DNA of 63,043 nucleotides, the filler included, from Candidatus Desantisbacteria bacterium CG1_02_49_89 (GTDB taxonomy: Bacteria; Desantisbacteria; UBA1551): assembly GCA_001871075.1 (NCBI GenBank). It is 6 parts of 6 records of this genome, joined end to end, with 100 filler letters (N's around TTAATTAATTAA, not from the genome) between each part and the next. Parts side by side here need not be neighbours in the genome. Positions count along the whole stretch, not along the records: positions 6,357 to 31,566 come from MNUP01000079.1; 5 more parts are not named here. One strand, 5' to 3'. The translations under genes and the position numbers were made by a program. Position 1 is the first letter of the stretch, and the number at the start of each line of letters is the position of its first letter. The notes below the pieces were generated by a model, which saw only the letters and a list, made by a program, of their open reading frames with translations, did no database searches and was not told the origin of the DNA. Positions 19,976-30,054 of the stretch are shown piece after piece.

Positions 19976-20764
19976 CTATAATTTATGGATGGCTTTTTGC
20001 GGGCATTTCTCTGCGCATATCCCGCACTGGTTACATTTTGCGTAGTCGATCACCGCGAGGTTGTTGACCATTGTTATCGCCTGAACCGGGCAGGCTTTCT
20101 CGCATATGCGGCAGGCAATGCAGGCAATGGCGCACACTTCTTTCGCCCTTTTCCCACGGTCAAGGTTCCTGCATACCACAAGGACCTTCTGGCTGCGCGG
20201 CACCATCGATATAAGGCCGCGGGGGCAGGCCTTGACGCATTTTTGGCAGGACCTGCATTTCTTCGGGTCAATAGAGGCAAGGCCTTCGGGCGTTATGCTG
20301 ATGGCGTCAAACGGGCATACCTTCGCGCAGCTGCCCAGACCCAGGCATCCGTAAACGCACGCCTTGTCCCCGGTATAAAGAAGAGCGGCTGCCTGGCAAT
20401 TCTCAATGCCGCTGTATTTGTATTTCTTCACAGCCTGTTTCGCGCCTGCCCTGCAAGCTACGAAAGCCACAAGTTCGGCTTTCGGCTCTATTTCAACGCC
20501 CAGTATCCTGGCTATTTTCTTCACGGTCTCAGGCCCGCCCGCGACGCAGGCGTTTGCCTCTGCCTTCCCTTTTGCCAGCGCCTCTGCAAGGCCCTGGCAT
20601 CCCGGGAAGCCGCACGCGCCGCAGTTCGCGCCCGGAAGGAGCTCAAGTATTTCCGCTTCCCTGGGGTCAATCTCAACCGCAAGCCTGTTGAAGGCCACGG
20701 AAAGAATTATTCCGAACGCAAGCCCCAGACCCCCAAGAGCGACCGCAGCGATTAAAACATTCAT
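19976..20764 (-). CDS. rnfB: Rnf complex subunit B
   Basis: LPGANCGACGFPGC; multiple 4Fe-4S motifs. Confidence 0.95.
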   Translation of the reverse strand: MNVLIAAVALGGLGLAFGIILSVAFNRLAVEIDPREAEILELLPGANCGACGFPGCQGLAEALAKGKAEANACVAGGPETVKKIARILGVEIEPKAELVAFVACRAGAKQAVKKYKYSGIENCQAAALLYTGDKACVYGCLGLGSCAKVCPFDAISITPEGLASIDPKKCRSCQKCVKACPRGLISMVPRSQKVLVVCRNLDRGKRAKEVCAIACIACRICEKACPVQAITMVNNLAVIDYAKCNQCGICAEKCPQKAIHKL

Positions 20765-20833
20765 TCTGTCTCCAAATCCCCCTATTTCCCCCTTTGCTAA
20801 AGGGGGATATCAGGGGGATTAAGATGTTCGAAA

Positions 20834-21427
20834 TCACAAACCAAACAACCCCTTAAAACCAAGGAACGCGAGGGACATAAGGCTCGCGGTAATGAACGCT
20901 ATCGGATAGCCCTTGAACGCTTTCGGAACAGGCGCTGTGTCTATGCGCTCCCTTATGCCGGCGAAAAGCACTATGGCAAAGCAGTACCCGATCGCCACCC
21001 CCATCGTGTATACTATGCTTTTCACGAAGCCCAGGTTGTAATCTATGCAGAGGAACGCCGCCGCGAGCACGGCGCAGTTCACGACTATAAGCGGGAGATA
21101 GATGCCCAGCGCCCTGTAAAGGGCGGGAGCGGTTTTTCTTACGAACATCTCCTCAAGCTGAACAAAAGTCGCGATCGTGAGTATGAAAGCCGCGGTTCGA
21201 AGATAGGTAAGGTCAAAGGGAACCAGGATGAAATGGTACACGAGCCACGTAACGGTTGATGACATCGCCATAACGAATATGACGGCCATCCCCATTCCTA
21301 TGGACGCTTCCATGCTGTTGGAAATGCCGAAGAACGAGCAGAGCGCTATGAACCGTATGAGCAGGATGTTATTGACCAGCATAGCGCTGAGGAAGATCAG
21401 GAATAAGTTCATATTGTTGCTTATCAT
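20834..21427 (-). CDS. rnfA: Rnf complex subunit A
   Basis: LVNN, LGIYLPLIVVNCAVL, GIRERI. Confidence 0.95.
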   Translation of the reverse strand: MISNNMNLFLIFLSAMLVNNILLIRFIALCSFFGISNSMEASIGMGMAVIFVMAMSSTVTWLVYHFILVPFDLTYLRTAAFILTIATFVQLEEMFVRKTAPALYRALGIYLPLIVVNCAVLAAAFLCIDYNLGFVKSIVYTMGVAIGYCFAIVLFAGIRERIDTAPVPKAFKGYPIAFITASLMSLAFLGFKGLFGL

Positions 21428-21523
21428 GTCACCCCCGATGAACTTGATTACGGTGATTATCGTAGACTGCGATTACGGTGATATTTAAATAATCACTGTA
21501 ATCTCTTTAAAAAATCACTGTAA

Positions 21524-22105
21524 TCATCTTTTAATGGAGTTCTGGTGGATAGCCATAAGGAAACCTATAACCAGGAACGCGCCGGGCGGAAGTATCATTA
21601 TAAGGAACGGCTGATAGCCCTTCGGCATGACTGCGTAACCGAACACGGTACCATTGCCTAAAACCTCCCTTATGATGCCTATAAGGGTGATTATCATCGT
21701 GAAACCGCAGCTCATGCCTATGCCGTCCAGCAAGGAAGCCAGCACGGTGTTCTTGCCGGCGAACGCCTCTGCCCTGCCCATGACAATGCAGTTGACCACG
21801 ATAAGCGGCACAAAAACGCCCAGGGAACGCGAAAGAACGGGCGAGAAAGCCTTTAATGAGTAGTCCGCGATCGTCACGAAGGTAGAGATGATAACTATAA
21901 AAACCGGTATGCGTATTTCGTGCGGCACAAATTTTTTCACGGAGGCTATCACAAGGTTGGAGCACGTCAGGACAAAAATAAACGCTGCGCTCATTCCCAG
22001 CGCATTGAAACCTGAAGTCGATACGGCAAGCGTCGGGCACAAGCCCAGCATTATGACCAGTATCGGATTTTCTTTCCACAAACCCTTTGTCAGTTCCTTC
22101 CACAT
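21524..22105 (-). CDS. rnfE: Rnf complex subunit E
   Basis: ENPILVIMLGLCPTLAV, PLIVVNCIVMGRAE, PPGAF. Confidence 0.95.
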   Translation of the reverse strand: MWKELTKGLWKENPILVIMLGLCPTLAVSTSGFNALGMSAAFIFVLTCSNLVIASVKKFVPHEIRIPVFIVIISTFVTIADYSLKAFSPVLSRSLGVFVPLIVVNCIVMGRAEAFAGKNTVLASLLDGIGMSCGFTMIITLIGIIREVLGNGTVFGYAVMPKGYQPFLIMILPPGAFLVIGFLMAIHQNSIKR

Positions 22106-22255
22106 TTTTATTTCCTTATTGTGATTACGGTGATTATTAAAAATGATTACCCCTGCAGTCCCGATATAAGAATCGGGACAAGACGCAGGGGTCCTTTAGG
22201 GACAGTGATTTAAACGATGTTACGATGCACGATGAACGATGCACGAAATACGATC

Positions 22256-23200
22256 TTATTTGACGAGAGCAATGGCGTCGCGCACAGCCTGGGTTACCGC
22301 CCTCGCGGACGCGGTCGCGCCTGAAACAGCGTCTATCTTGCCGTTGACCGGGTCATCCGCCTTCAGAGCGGCTTCTTTCGCGCTCCTGTTCCGGAACTGC
22401 CACAGGAAATCCGGCCTGTCGATCGCGGAACCGATGCCGCCTGCTTCCTTGTGGCTGATGATCTTGATACCGGTTATTTTCTTTTTGTCCGAAAGCCCGA
22501 ACATAACTACTATGGGGCCCGCGTATCCTTTCGCGGTTGTCTCTATGACCTTGCCAACTTCCTTTTCCCCGTCAAACGCGGCCCACACCTTTATGCCGGT
22601 GTATTCAGCGGAAATATCCTTAAAACTCTTACCCCAGGTTATAACCTCTTGCAGGGATGCTTCGTTATCCAAAACTACAGGCTCAAAAGCTTCCTGCAGG
22701 CCTTTATTCACTGCGCCGGTGACTGCGCGGGAGGAGATCGTAGCTCCGGAAAGCGCGTCTATTTTTCCGTTCTGCGCGTCGTCTTTCTTAAGGGCTGTCT
22801 CCGCCTTATCCCGCCCGTCGAACTGGGCGAGGAACTTCTTTTCCCTTATCTTTGCGCCAAGCCCCGGGGTTTCGTTGTGTTCCAGTATCTTTACCCTGGT
22901 TATTTTCCTGTTCGGGTCGATCCCGAATAATATGCGTATAGGCCCGCCGTAACCCTGGATGCTGACCTCAACAACCATCCCGATCTCAACAGCGTCCTTG
23001 TACACTTTCCATTTCTTTCCCGGCACCACCTCATCAAACCTGGTGGCTTCAGGCATCACTTCCTTAAGGGCTTCATTTTTCTCAACAAGCGCCTGTTTCT
23101 CGATCCTGGCTTTTGTCGCGCTGTATACGAACGCGAGGCAGCCTGCCGCAAGCGCGCACGTTACCAGGAGTACCAGGCTCATTTTCCATAAATTCTTCAT
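22256..23200 (-). CDS. rnfG: Rnf complex subunit G with two FMN-binding domains
   Basis: N-terminal TM; HNETPGLG...DALSGATIS and a second HKEAGGIG...DAVSGATAS. Confidence 0.9.
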   Translation of the reverse strand: MKNLWKMSLVLLVTCALAAGCLAFVYSATKARIEKQALVEKNEALKEVMPEATRFDEVVPGKKWKVYKDAVEIGMVVEVSIQGYGGPIRILFGIDPNRKITRVKILEHNETPGLGAKIREKKFLAQFDGRDKAETALKKDDAQNGKIDALSGATISSRAVTGAVNKGLQEAFEPVVLDNEASLQEVITWGKSFKDISAEYTGIKVWAAFDGEKEVGKVIETTAKGYAGPIVVMFGLSDKKKITGIKIISHKEAGGIGSAIDRPDFLWQFRNRSAKEAALKADDPVNGKIDAVSGATASARAVTQAVRDAIALVK

Positions 23201-23273
23201 ATAAACCTCTCAAATATTATCAGCCACGGATTTATAACAAAGTACAGCTTTCAACTTTTAACCTTTAACCTTT

Positions 23274-24227
23274 TTAACCTTTAACTGCTTTAACAGCGCC
23301 AAACCGGCGCGGCTTTACATACTTATCGATAAGCGGAGTAAGGCAGTTCATGAACAGTATGGAATAACAGACCCCTTCGGGGAACCCGCCGCAGGCCCTT
23401 ATCAGGGACGTGATCGCGCCGCATCCCAGGCCGAAGATCAGTTTCCCGTTTTTAGTGGTGGGCGCTGTCACCATGTCGGTTGCCATGAAGAACGCGCCCA
23501 GGATCAGCCCGCCTGAAAGGATCTCGGAAACAGGGTCCCTTTTGAAGAAAAAGGACAGTAGCGCCACAACGCCTATGAATGAAGCGGGCGTGCGCCAGTC
23601 GATCACTTTCCTTATTAAAAGTATCGCGGCGCCTATAAGAAGCGTGATCTTGCAGGTTTCTCCTATGGAACCGGGTATGCTGCCCGCGAACATGGCCCAG
23701 TATGAAGGCGCGGATTGGCTGAGATGCATTTTAATGACGGTAAGGGGGGAGGCGCCCGTAACCGCATCCACTCCGCCGAACGAAAGGACCGGCAAAGTCC
23801 AGGTTGTCATTGCCGCAGGCCAGGAAGAAAGCAGGATCGCCCTTGCTGCAAGCGCCGGGTTGAAAATATTGTATCCCAGCCCGCCGAAGAGCTGTTTGAC
23901 TATAAAAATGGCTATGACCGCGCCTACCACCACTATCCACAAAGGAATGGCAGGCGGCAGGGTGAATGCGAAAAGCAACCCGGTAACAACCGCGCTGCTG
24001 TCCTTTATGCTAATTTTCCTGCCCAGCATTTTCTGGCTGATCGCTTCAGCGGCTACGCATGAAGCGATGCTGACCGCGACAACAAGCAGGGAGCGCCAGC
24101 CGAAAATATAGATTGACGCGATCAGGGTGGGCAGAAGGCTCATATTGACCGCCCTCATCACCCCGGGCGTGTCTTCGCCCTTAACCCTTATGTGCGGCGG
24201 CGCCGACACAACGAATTGCTGTTCCAT
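23274..24227 (-). CDS. rnfD: Rnf complex subunit D
   Basis: KQLFGGLGYNIFNPA, DAVTGASPL, FFMATD. Confidence 0.95.
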   Translation of the reverse strand: MEQQFVVSAPPHIRVKGEDTPGVMRAVNMSLLPTLIASIYIFGWRSLLVVAVSIASCVAAEAISQKMLGRKISIKDSSAVVTGLLFAFTLPPAIPLWIVVVGAVIAIFIVKQLFGGLGYNIFNPALAARAILLSSWPAAMTTWTLPVLSFGGVDAVTGASPLTVIKMHLSQSAPSYWAMFAGSIPGSIGETCKITLLIGAAILLIRKVIDWRTPASFIGVVALLSFFFKRDPVSEILSGGLILGAFFMATDMVTAPTTKNGKLIFGLGCGAITSLIRACGGFPEGVCYSILFMNCLTPLIDKYVKPRRFGAVKAVKG

Positions 24228-24367
24228 ATTTTATCCCGTATTAAAGATTTCTGCGAAACCACGAATTAACACGAATTCCCACGAATTATTTTACATCTAG
24301 CATTCAGCATCCAGCTACTCAACTTTTAACTTTTCCGAATGGATCCCTTTGGGACAACGTTCAACTT

Positions 24368-25771
24368 TTAACTTTTCTTAGCTGCTGCCAGGCGCGATTT
24401 GGCGTATTTGATCAGGTGCACAAGCGGCCGGCGGGAGGCGCACACGAACGCGCATGCCCCGCACTCCATGCAATCCATTATCCCTAATTCCTTGCACCTT
24501 TCAAAAATATCTATCCCGGCATAATCCCCTATGCGGTTGGGCATCAGGTACATAGGGCATATGTCCACGCACCTGCCGCATTTTATGCAGGGCCCTTCTT
24601 TTTCTTCCTTTACGTCATTCAGAACGAGTATGCCGCTTGTCCCTTTTATAACCGGCACGTCCAGCGTGTACTGCGCGATGCCCATCATGGGCCCGCCCAT
24701 AATAATTTTAGGGAATGTCCCGACAAAGTCGGGACCGCTGCTTGCTCCCGCGATAAGGCCGCCGCAATATTCAATGACCCGGGACACAGGCGTGCCTATC
24801 CTGACGCGCAGGTTCCTGGGTTCTTTTATGCCCGGGCCTGTGACGGTTACAACCCTTTCGATCAGCGGCTTGCCTGATGTTACAGCTTCATATATTGCGA
24901 ATGCCGTGCCAACGTTCTGGACTATCACGCCCACGTCAAACGGCAGGCCCCCGCCGGGAACTTCCCGGTTCAATATCGCCTTGATAAGCTGCTTTTCCGC
25001 TCCCTGAGGGTATTTCGTCTTTACGGGCGCGAGATGTATGTCGTTATTCGTCGTGCGTCGCCCTTGCGGGTCGTGCGTCGTGCGCAGCTTCTCTATAGCG
25101 TCCAATTTATTGGATTCGATGGCGATAAAAGCGCGATTAATGCCGAGGACTTTTAAAATTATTTTAAGTCCTTCGAGGATCTCGGCGGGTTTTTCAAGCA
25201 TGAGCTGGTGGTCATTGGTCAGGTAGGGTTCGCACTCGCAGCCGTTCAGGATAACGGTATCGATCTTCTTCTCAGGCGGCGGAGAAAGCTTCACGTGCGT
25301 GGGAAAAGCGGCTCCGCCCAGCCCCACGACGCCCGCCTCGCGTATCTTTTCCTTTATCTGCTGAGGCGTTAACTGTGTTAATAATTCAGTCGACGGTCCA
25401 CGGTCAACGGTCCACGGTTTAGAAGCAGTAGTCTCCTGACCGTGGTCTGTGGACTGTGGACTATTTGCTTCGATAACAATTGATAGGACGTCTTTCGGGA
25501 TAACCGGGTGGGGGCGGGGTTCGATCGCGGAGACTTTTCCGGAGATGCTTGAGTGCAGAGGCGCGGAAACAAAAGATTTTGAATCACCGATCTTCTGGCC
25601 TTCTTTGACCTCATCTCCCGGTTTTACAAGCGGCTCGCAAGGCGCGCCGGTGTGCTGCTGTAAAGGAATGACGACCAGGGAAGGGACAGGCATGTCCTCA
25701 ATGGGCTTGCGCTCGGTGAAGTGTTTGCTTTCCGGGGGATGGATCCCGCCCGGAAATGTCTTCAAATTCAT
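24368..25771 (-). CDS. rnfC: Rnf complex subunit C
   Basis: TFPGGIHP, GLGGAAFPT, NGCECEPYL, YPQGAEK, MGGPMMG, two 4Fe-4S motifs. Start at ATG 25771. Confidence 0.95.
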   Translation of the reverse strand: MNLKTFPGGIHPPESKHFTERKPIEDMPVPSLVVIPLQQHTGAPCEPLVKPGDEVKEGQKIGDSKSFVSAPLHSSISGKVSAIEPRPHPVIPKDVLSIVIEANSPQSTDHGQETTASKPWTVDRGPSTELLTQLTPQQIKEKIREAGVVGLGGAAFPTHVKLSPPPEKKIDTVILNGCECEPYLTNDHQLMLEKPAEILEGLKIILKVLGINRAFIAIESNKLDAIEKLRTTHDPQGRRTTNNDIHLAPVKTKYPQGAEKQLIKAILNREVPGGGLPFDVGVIVQNVGTAFAIYEAVTSGKPLIERVVTVTGPGIKEPRNLRVRIGTPVSRVIEYCGGLIAGASSGPDFVGTFPKIIMGGPMMGIAQYTLDVPVIKGTSGILVLNDVKEEKEGPCIKCGRCVDICPMYLMPNRIGDYAGIDIFERCKELGIMDCMECGACAFVCASRRPLVHLIKYAKSRLAAAKKS

Positions 25772-25826
25772 ATTTGCCTCATAATCCCCCTTGCTTCCCC
25801 CTTTACTAAAGGGGGATTGAGGGGGA

Positions 25827-26099
25827 TTAGATATTTTCGAAGTAGGGCTTGAATTCCTTTGACTCCACTGCCCTGCCTGTCCAGCGGGCAAGCTCCTGCC
25901 CGTTTTTCTCGATTATGATCGCGGGAACGTTCGTGGCGTCGGCCATAGCGGCCTCCGTAAGCCCGTCAACCGTGTCAATGCTTTGATAAAGGACCTTTAC
26001 CTTATCAACCACGTTCCAGCGCTCAAGGAAAATGCGGAACTTCTCCCTCATTGCCTTGCAGACGGCGCAGGAATCCTTGCCGAATATCTTTACAGTCAT
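25827..26099 (-). CDS. Glutaredoxin/NrdH-like redoxin
   Basis: IFGKDSCAVC (CxxC) and cis-Pro VP; directly downstream of nrdD. Confidence 0.7.
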   Translation of the reverse strand: MTVKIFGKDSCAVCKAMREKFRIFLERWNVVDKVKVLYQSIDTVDGLTEAAMADATNVPAIIIEKNGQELARWTGRAVESKEFKPYFENI

Positions 26100-26200
26100 T
26101 TTAACTCCGTTAAAATGACGATTACGGTGATTATAAATATGATTACGGTGATATTAAAATAATCACTGTAATCTCTTTAAGAAATCACTGTAATCAGTAT

Positions 26201-28594
26201 TTAAGCGAATTGGTAGTGCTGCACCGCTTTCTGGCGGTCTTTCAGCTCTCCCAGCTTTGACTTGTTCCAGCAGTGGACCTTTGAGAAATAACCCACGATG
26301 CGGGTAAGCCCGTAAACATTGGCGCTGCCGCAGGACCCGCAGGTATCCGTCAGCCCCCTGCCTACCTTTGCGCAGTCGTTGCATATCGTAAATTCCGGGG
26401 AGATCGTAAGCTGGCCGCACTGCGTGTTCTCCCAGGTTTTCCTGACAAGGTTCTCTATGCTCTCAGGCGACGGCCTTGCCTCTCCCACAAAAGCGTGGAT
26501 TATCGCGCCGCTTTCGATTATGGGGTGGAACTTGCTCTGCCCTATGATCCTGTCAAGGAAACCGATCGGGGCGTTCGCCGCGTAGTGTATCGAGTTGGTG
26601 TAATAATACGAGTCCTTTTTAATGTCGCCCTTCACCACCTCTTTGCTCTGCGGGAACTCTCTCAGGTCAACCTTGGTAAGCCGCCTTGAAGCGGATTCAG
26701 CGGGTGATTCTTCAAGGGCGATGTTCAGCCCGTATTTCCTTTTGAACTCCAGGGTCTTAAGGTACATGGAAGATATTATCTTCATGCCCAGCCTGAACGC
26801 CTCTTCGCCCTCGTGCAGCTGTTTCCCGATCAGGTACTGCACGCATTCGTTAAGGCCTATAAGCCCTATTATATAGGTGGACTTCTCAAGGTCCACGTAC
26901 GGCTTGCCGTCGCACGCGTTCTTTCCTATCTGCCACAGCGGGGTGCCGGGGCCTGACATAAGCTTCGCGATGAACCTTTTCTTTTCAACGTGCGCCTTCA
27001 TCGCGATCTCCATCGCCTTATCAACTTCCTCAAAAACCTTCGTGATGTTCTCTTTCCCTGCGCGGTACGCGCACTGAGGCAGGTTTATGGTGACGTTCTG
27101 GAAACCGCAGAACCTTATGGTCTCGGGATGCTTCAGCATCTCCGGGTCAGTAACCTTGGTCCGCAGCCGGCAGCACTGGCTCAGGGTCGCCCCGTCGCCC
27201 CTGTCAAAGAAGAAATAGGGGCTGCCGTTAAAGCTTGCCACCTCGCACGCGAACTTAAACAGCTCGTACTGTTTGGGGTCTGAGAATGTCTCGTTATTAA
27301 TGTGAAGGTCCATCTTCGGGAACGAGAAAGGATGCCCTTCCCTGTCCCCTTCTTTCCAGACCTCCATCAGCGCGCGGGCGAACATCTGGGATTCCTTTTC
27401 AAAATCCCTGTATGCCTTGCCCATATATTTCCCGCCCGGGCCTATCGCTTCGACGTCCTTCAGGTAATCGGGTATGCCCAGGTGGATGTTTGAGTCAAGG
27501 AACAACGACTGGCCGCCGCGCGAGAACGCGTTCTGCGAACCGCTGAATATAAGGTACTGGGCCTCCTGTTTCATTTCATCGTAAGACATCCCCTGCAGGA
27601 AAGGAGCGTAGAATATGTTAAGGAACCCTATTCCGAGAGCCCCGGCGTAATACGCCTGCATTGAAGCGAGGAATGTATTGAGGTGGCCTGTCAGGGTGCG
27701 GGCGTGTTTGGGCGGAGCTGAAGCCGTACCCAGGTTGTCCAGGACAAGCCCGTATTTCTTAAGGTATTCAAGCGAGTGGCTTGAGCAGTAGACCCTCGGG
27801 TAGCCCAGGTCGTGCACGTGCACAAGGCCTGTGAGGTGGGCGATCCCCACGTCCTCGCTGAAGATCTCCTGAAGCATGTACTGCTTTATTGTGTTCTCGG
27901 CGATAGAAAGGTTTATTGCCTCGGGGTTGTTCGCGGTAATGTTGGAATTTTCCTGGCTTTTGGAGAAGATGAGCTCGCGCAGGTCGTACACCGGCATTCC
28001 TATCACCTGCTGGGATTTGAGCCGGCCGTTGAATCCCCTGTTGATAAGCTCCATGTCCACGAATTCGCGTATCATTGAAGTCGAAAGTTTCTTTAAGCCT
28101 AACGCCAGGATCTTTTCCTCAACCTCACGCGCGATCTTATCTGCGAAATCCAGCGGGACCTGGGCTTCCCTGACAAGCGCCTCCGCGATCTTGGATTTAT
28201 CCCACGCAAGCACCTCATACTTGCTTGGCGCGGTCACGAGCAGAGAAAGGTCCGTGGTATTATTCCCGCCCTTGACCTCTTTGTGGACCGTAAGGAACTG
28301 CCTCAGCCTTGCTCTCTTATCACGGTAGAGTATGTATGCCTTTGCTGTTTTTGCGTGCCCGGCCTCTATCAGAACCTTTTCCACCACATCCTGTATGTCC
28401 TCTATCCCCGGAACGCGCCGCGTGAACTTCTTGGCGAGGGCCGACTCGGCCTGGCTTGCGAGCTTGCCTGCCGTGTCTTTCCTCTTACCGCCCACTGCTT
28501 TGGCGGCCCTGAAGATCGCCTCCGCTATCCTGGTCCTGTCAAAAGGAACAACGCGCCCGTCCCTTTTGCGCACCTGCTTTAAAACTGCTGACAT
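26201..28594 (-). CDS. nrdD: Anaerobic (class III) ribonucleoside-triphosphate reductase with N-terminal ATP cone(s)
   Basis: VRKRDGRVVPFD ATP cone; SQCCRL, ESPAES, YYTNS, CxxC-CxxC, TRIVGYF glycyl-radical motif. Confidence 0.95.
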   Translation of the reverse strand: MSAVLKQVRKRDGRVVPFDRTRIAEAIFRAAKAVGGKRKDTAGKLASQAESALAKKFTRRVPGIEDIQDVVEKVLIEAGHAKTAKAYILYRDKRARLRQFLTVHKEVKGGNNTTDLSLLVTAPSKYEVLAWDKSKIAEALVREAQVPLDFADKIAREVEEKILALGLKKLSTSMIREFVDMELINRGFNGRLKSQQVIGMPVYDLRELIFSKSQENSNITANNPEAINLSIAENTIKQYMLQEIFSEDVGIAHLTGLVHVHDLGYPRVYCSSHSLEYLKKYGLVLDNLGTASAPPKHARTLTGHLNTFLASMQAYYAGALGIGFLNIFYAPFLQGMSYDEMKQEAQYLIFSGSQNAFSRGGQSLFLDSNIHLGIPDYLKDVEAIGPGGKYMGKAYRDFEKESQMFARALMEVWKEGDREGHPFSFPKMDLHINNETFSDPKQYELFKFACEVASFNGSPYFFFDRGDGATLSQCCRLRTKVTDPEMLKHPETIRFCGFQNVTINLPQCAYRAGKENITKVFEEVDKAMEIAMKAHVEKKRFIAKLMSGPGTPLWQIGKNACDGKPYVDLEKSTYIIGLIGLNECVQYLIGKQLHEGEEAFRLGMKIISSMYLKTLEFKRKYGLNIALEESPAESASRRLTKVDLREFPQSKEVVKGDIKKDSYYYTNSIHYAANAPIGFLDRIIGQSKFHPIIESGAIIHAFVGEARPSPESIENLVRKTWENTQCGQLTISPEFTICNDCAKVGRGLTDTCGSCGSANVYGLTRIVGYFSKVHCWNKSKLGELKDRQKAVQHYQFA

Positions 28595-28851
28595 TACTCA
28601 CCTCCCCCCTGTTTTTAAAACCGTTCGTCGTGCGTCGTGCGTCGTGCGTCGTAAAAACAGCTGGTTAATTGGATAGAATTGTAAAATTTGAAAAGTTAAA
28701 AGGGATCGTAGATTTGTAGGTAGTATTGTATTATTCCAATTTACGATTAACTGCTTTTGCAACCACGAATTAACACGAATTTCCACGGATTTTTACTCTG
28801 TAAACTTTGTAAACTATGGAAACTCTGTAAACTACATCTGCTTTTGCCTTG

Positions 28852-29298
28852 TTATTTGAGCTCCTTAACTTCCTTGCTGAAATCGTCAACGTCCTTGAAC
28901 TCGCGGTAAACCGAGGCGAAGCGCACGTAGGCGACCTTGTCGACCTTGTGCAGTTCTTTTATGACCAGCTCGCCTATGCGCTTTGACGGGATCTCCTTTT
29001 CAAGCGAGGACTGAAGTTTCGCCTCAACCCTGCCGGCGATGCCCTCTAACTGCTCCATGCTTATGGGGCGTTTTTCACAGGAATGGAGAAGACCTTTCAG
29101 GATCTTTTCCCTTGAAAATTTCTCCCTCCTGCCGTCTTTTTTGATAACCATTATAGGGATTTTTTCTATCTCTTCGTAGGTGGTGTAGCGTTTTTTGCAC
29201 TGCAGACATTCTCTGCGTCTCCTTATTGAAAGGCCGTCTTCATTTTCGCGGGAATCAACAACTTTGTCCTGAAGGCTGTTACAGAAGGGACACTTCAT
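28852..29298 (-). CDS. nrdR: Transcriptional repressor NrdR
   Basis: MKCPFC...KVVDSR...RRRREC, VAYVRFASVY. Confidence 0.97.
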   Translation of the reverse strand: MKCPFCNSLQDKVVDSRENEDGLSIRRRRECLQCKKRYTTYEEIEKIPIMVIKKDGRREKFSREKILKGLLHSCEKRPISMEQLEGIAGRVEAKLQSSLEKEIPSKRIGELVIKELHKVDKVAYVRFASVYREFKDVDDFSKEVKELK

Positions 29299-29476
29299 TA
29301 TCAATGCCCTCTTAAAACGGCGTTAATTGGATTTGAAGGTTGTATGAGTATAAAGATATATATTATTCCGCTATTTTAAATTGCAAATTTCAAATTGTAA
29401 ATTGCAAATTTTATTAAAACACTATAAATACGGCCGGAAAGGGGCAAAAAACGGTAAAAACGCTGTAAAACCGAAA

Positions 29477-29529
29477 CCACTACATATTGTATCATTGGAT
29501 ATTATATCATACAATATATTGTTTGTCAA
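29477..29529 (-). promoter_or_regulatory. nrdR-nrdD promoter with two NrdR boxes
   Basis: Boxes ccactacatattgtat (29477) and atacaatatattgttt (29509), 32 bp apart; minus-strand TTGACA-17-TATAAT (29529-29501). Confidence 0.85.
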
Positions 29530-29626
29530 GCAAAAAAAATAAAAAACTCATTTTTTCAAAAATAATTTTTTAATGAACGCAAAAAATATTTTTTTCAGCG
29601 CTGAAACTGCAAATTCTGCCTTTGTG

Positions 29627-29875
29627 TTACCTAAAAACCAGTGGATATCGGTCTGGATGCCGGAGTGAATCTATCTCCAAATCAACATCTAAATCCGACC
29701 AGCATAAGCAGTGCCCGCGAATTAACTGAACGTTCAAGATTTGGCTAATAGAGGATTTCTTAAACCAAGGATAGCGGTTATAATCAAGAAAAAATTCTTT
29801 GCTATTGACCCAAATCCAGATTCCTCATTTACTTACATTTGTAATTTCAACTCTTGAAATGCTTGTTCCAGGCAT
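29627..29875 (-). pseudogene. DUF2442-family gene with in-frame TGA at codon 17 (not in ORF track)
   Basis: MPGTSISRVEITNVSK*GIWIWVNSKEFFLDYNRYPWFKK...WSDLDVDLEIDSLRHPDRYPL; ggagg RBS. Confidence 0.75.
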
Positions 29876-29944
29876 AAATAATCTCCTCCCTGCGTCTTTG
29901 AATTACTTTTTTAATTTCCTTTTAATGGACTCGTCGCTCAAACT

Positions 29945-30054
29945 TTCCGGAGTAGAGCCTTTAGGCTCGTTTATTTCTCGTTTCAATCCACGCCTCCGCG
30001 CGGGAGGCGACTCCTGGAGTAGAGCCTTCAGGCTCGTTGGGTACCTGTTTCAAT
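29945..30054 (-). CRISPR. Mini-array: one full I-C-type repeat (29980-30011), an 8-nt repeat remnant (30047-30054), two related spacer-like flanks
   Basis: Repeat identical to the 32-bp repeat at 31229-31523; 35 nt separate it from gtttcaat. Confidence 0.8.

Noticed and set aside
25772-25891. N-terminal extensions in the ORF track (rnfC; also apbE, 44439, 57962, 60549)
   Set aside because: They run through repeats, promoters or upstream genes; better starts lie downstream.
29825-29827. In-frame TGA as selenocysteine or genetic-code reassignment
   Set aside because: TGA terminates conserved genes here (rnfA, rnfE), and I do not recall a Cys at this position in the family.
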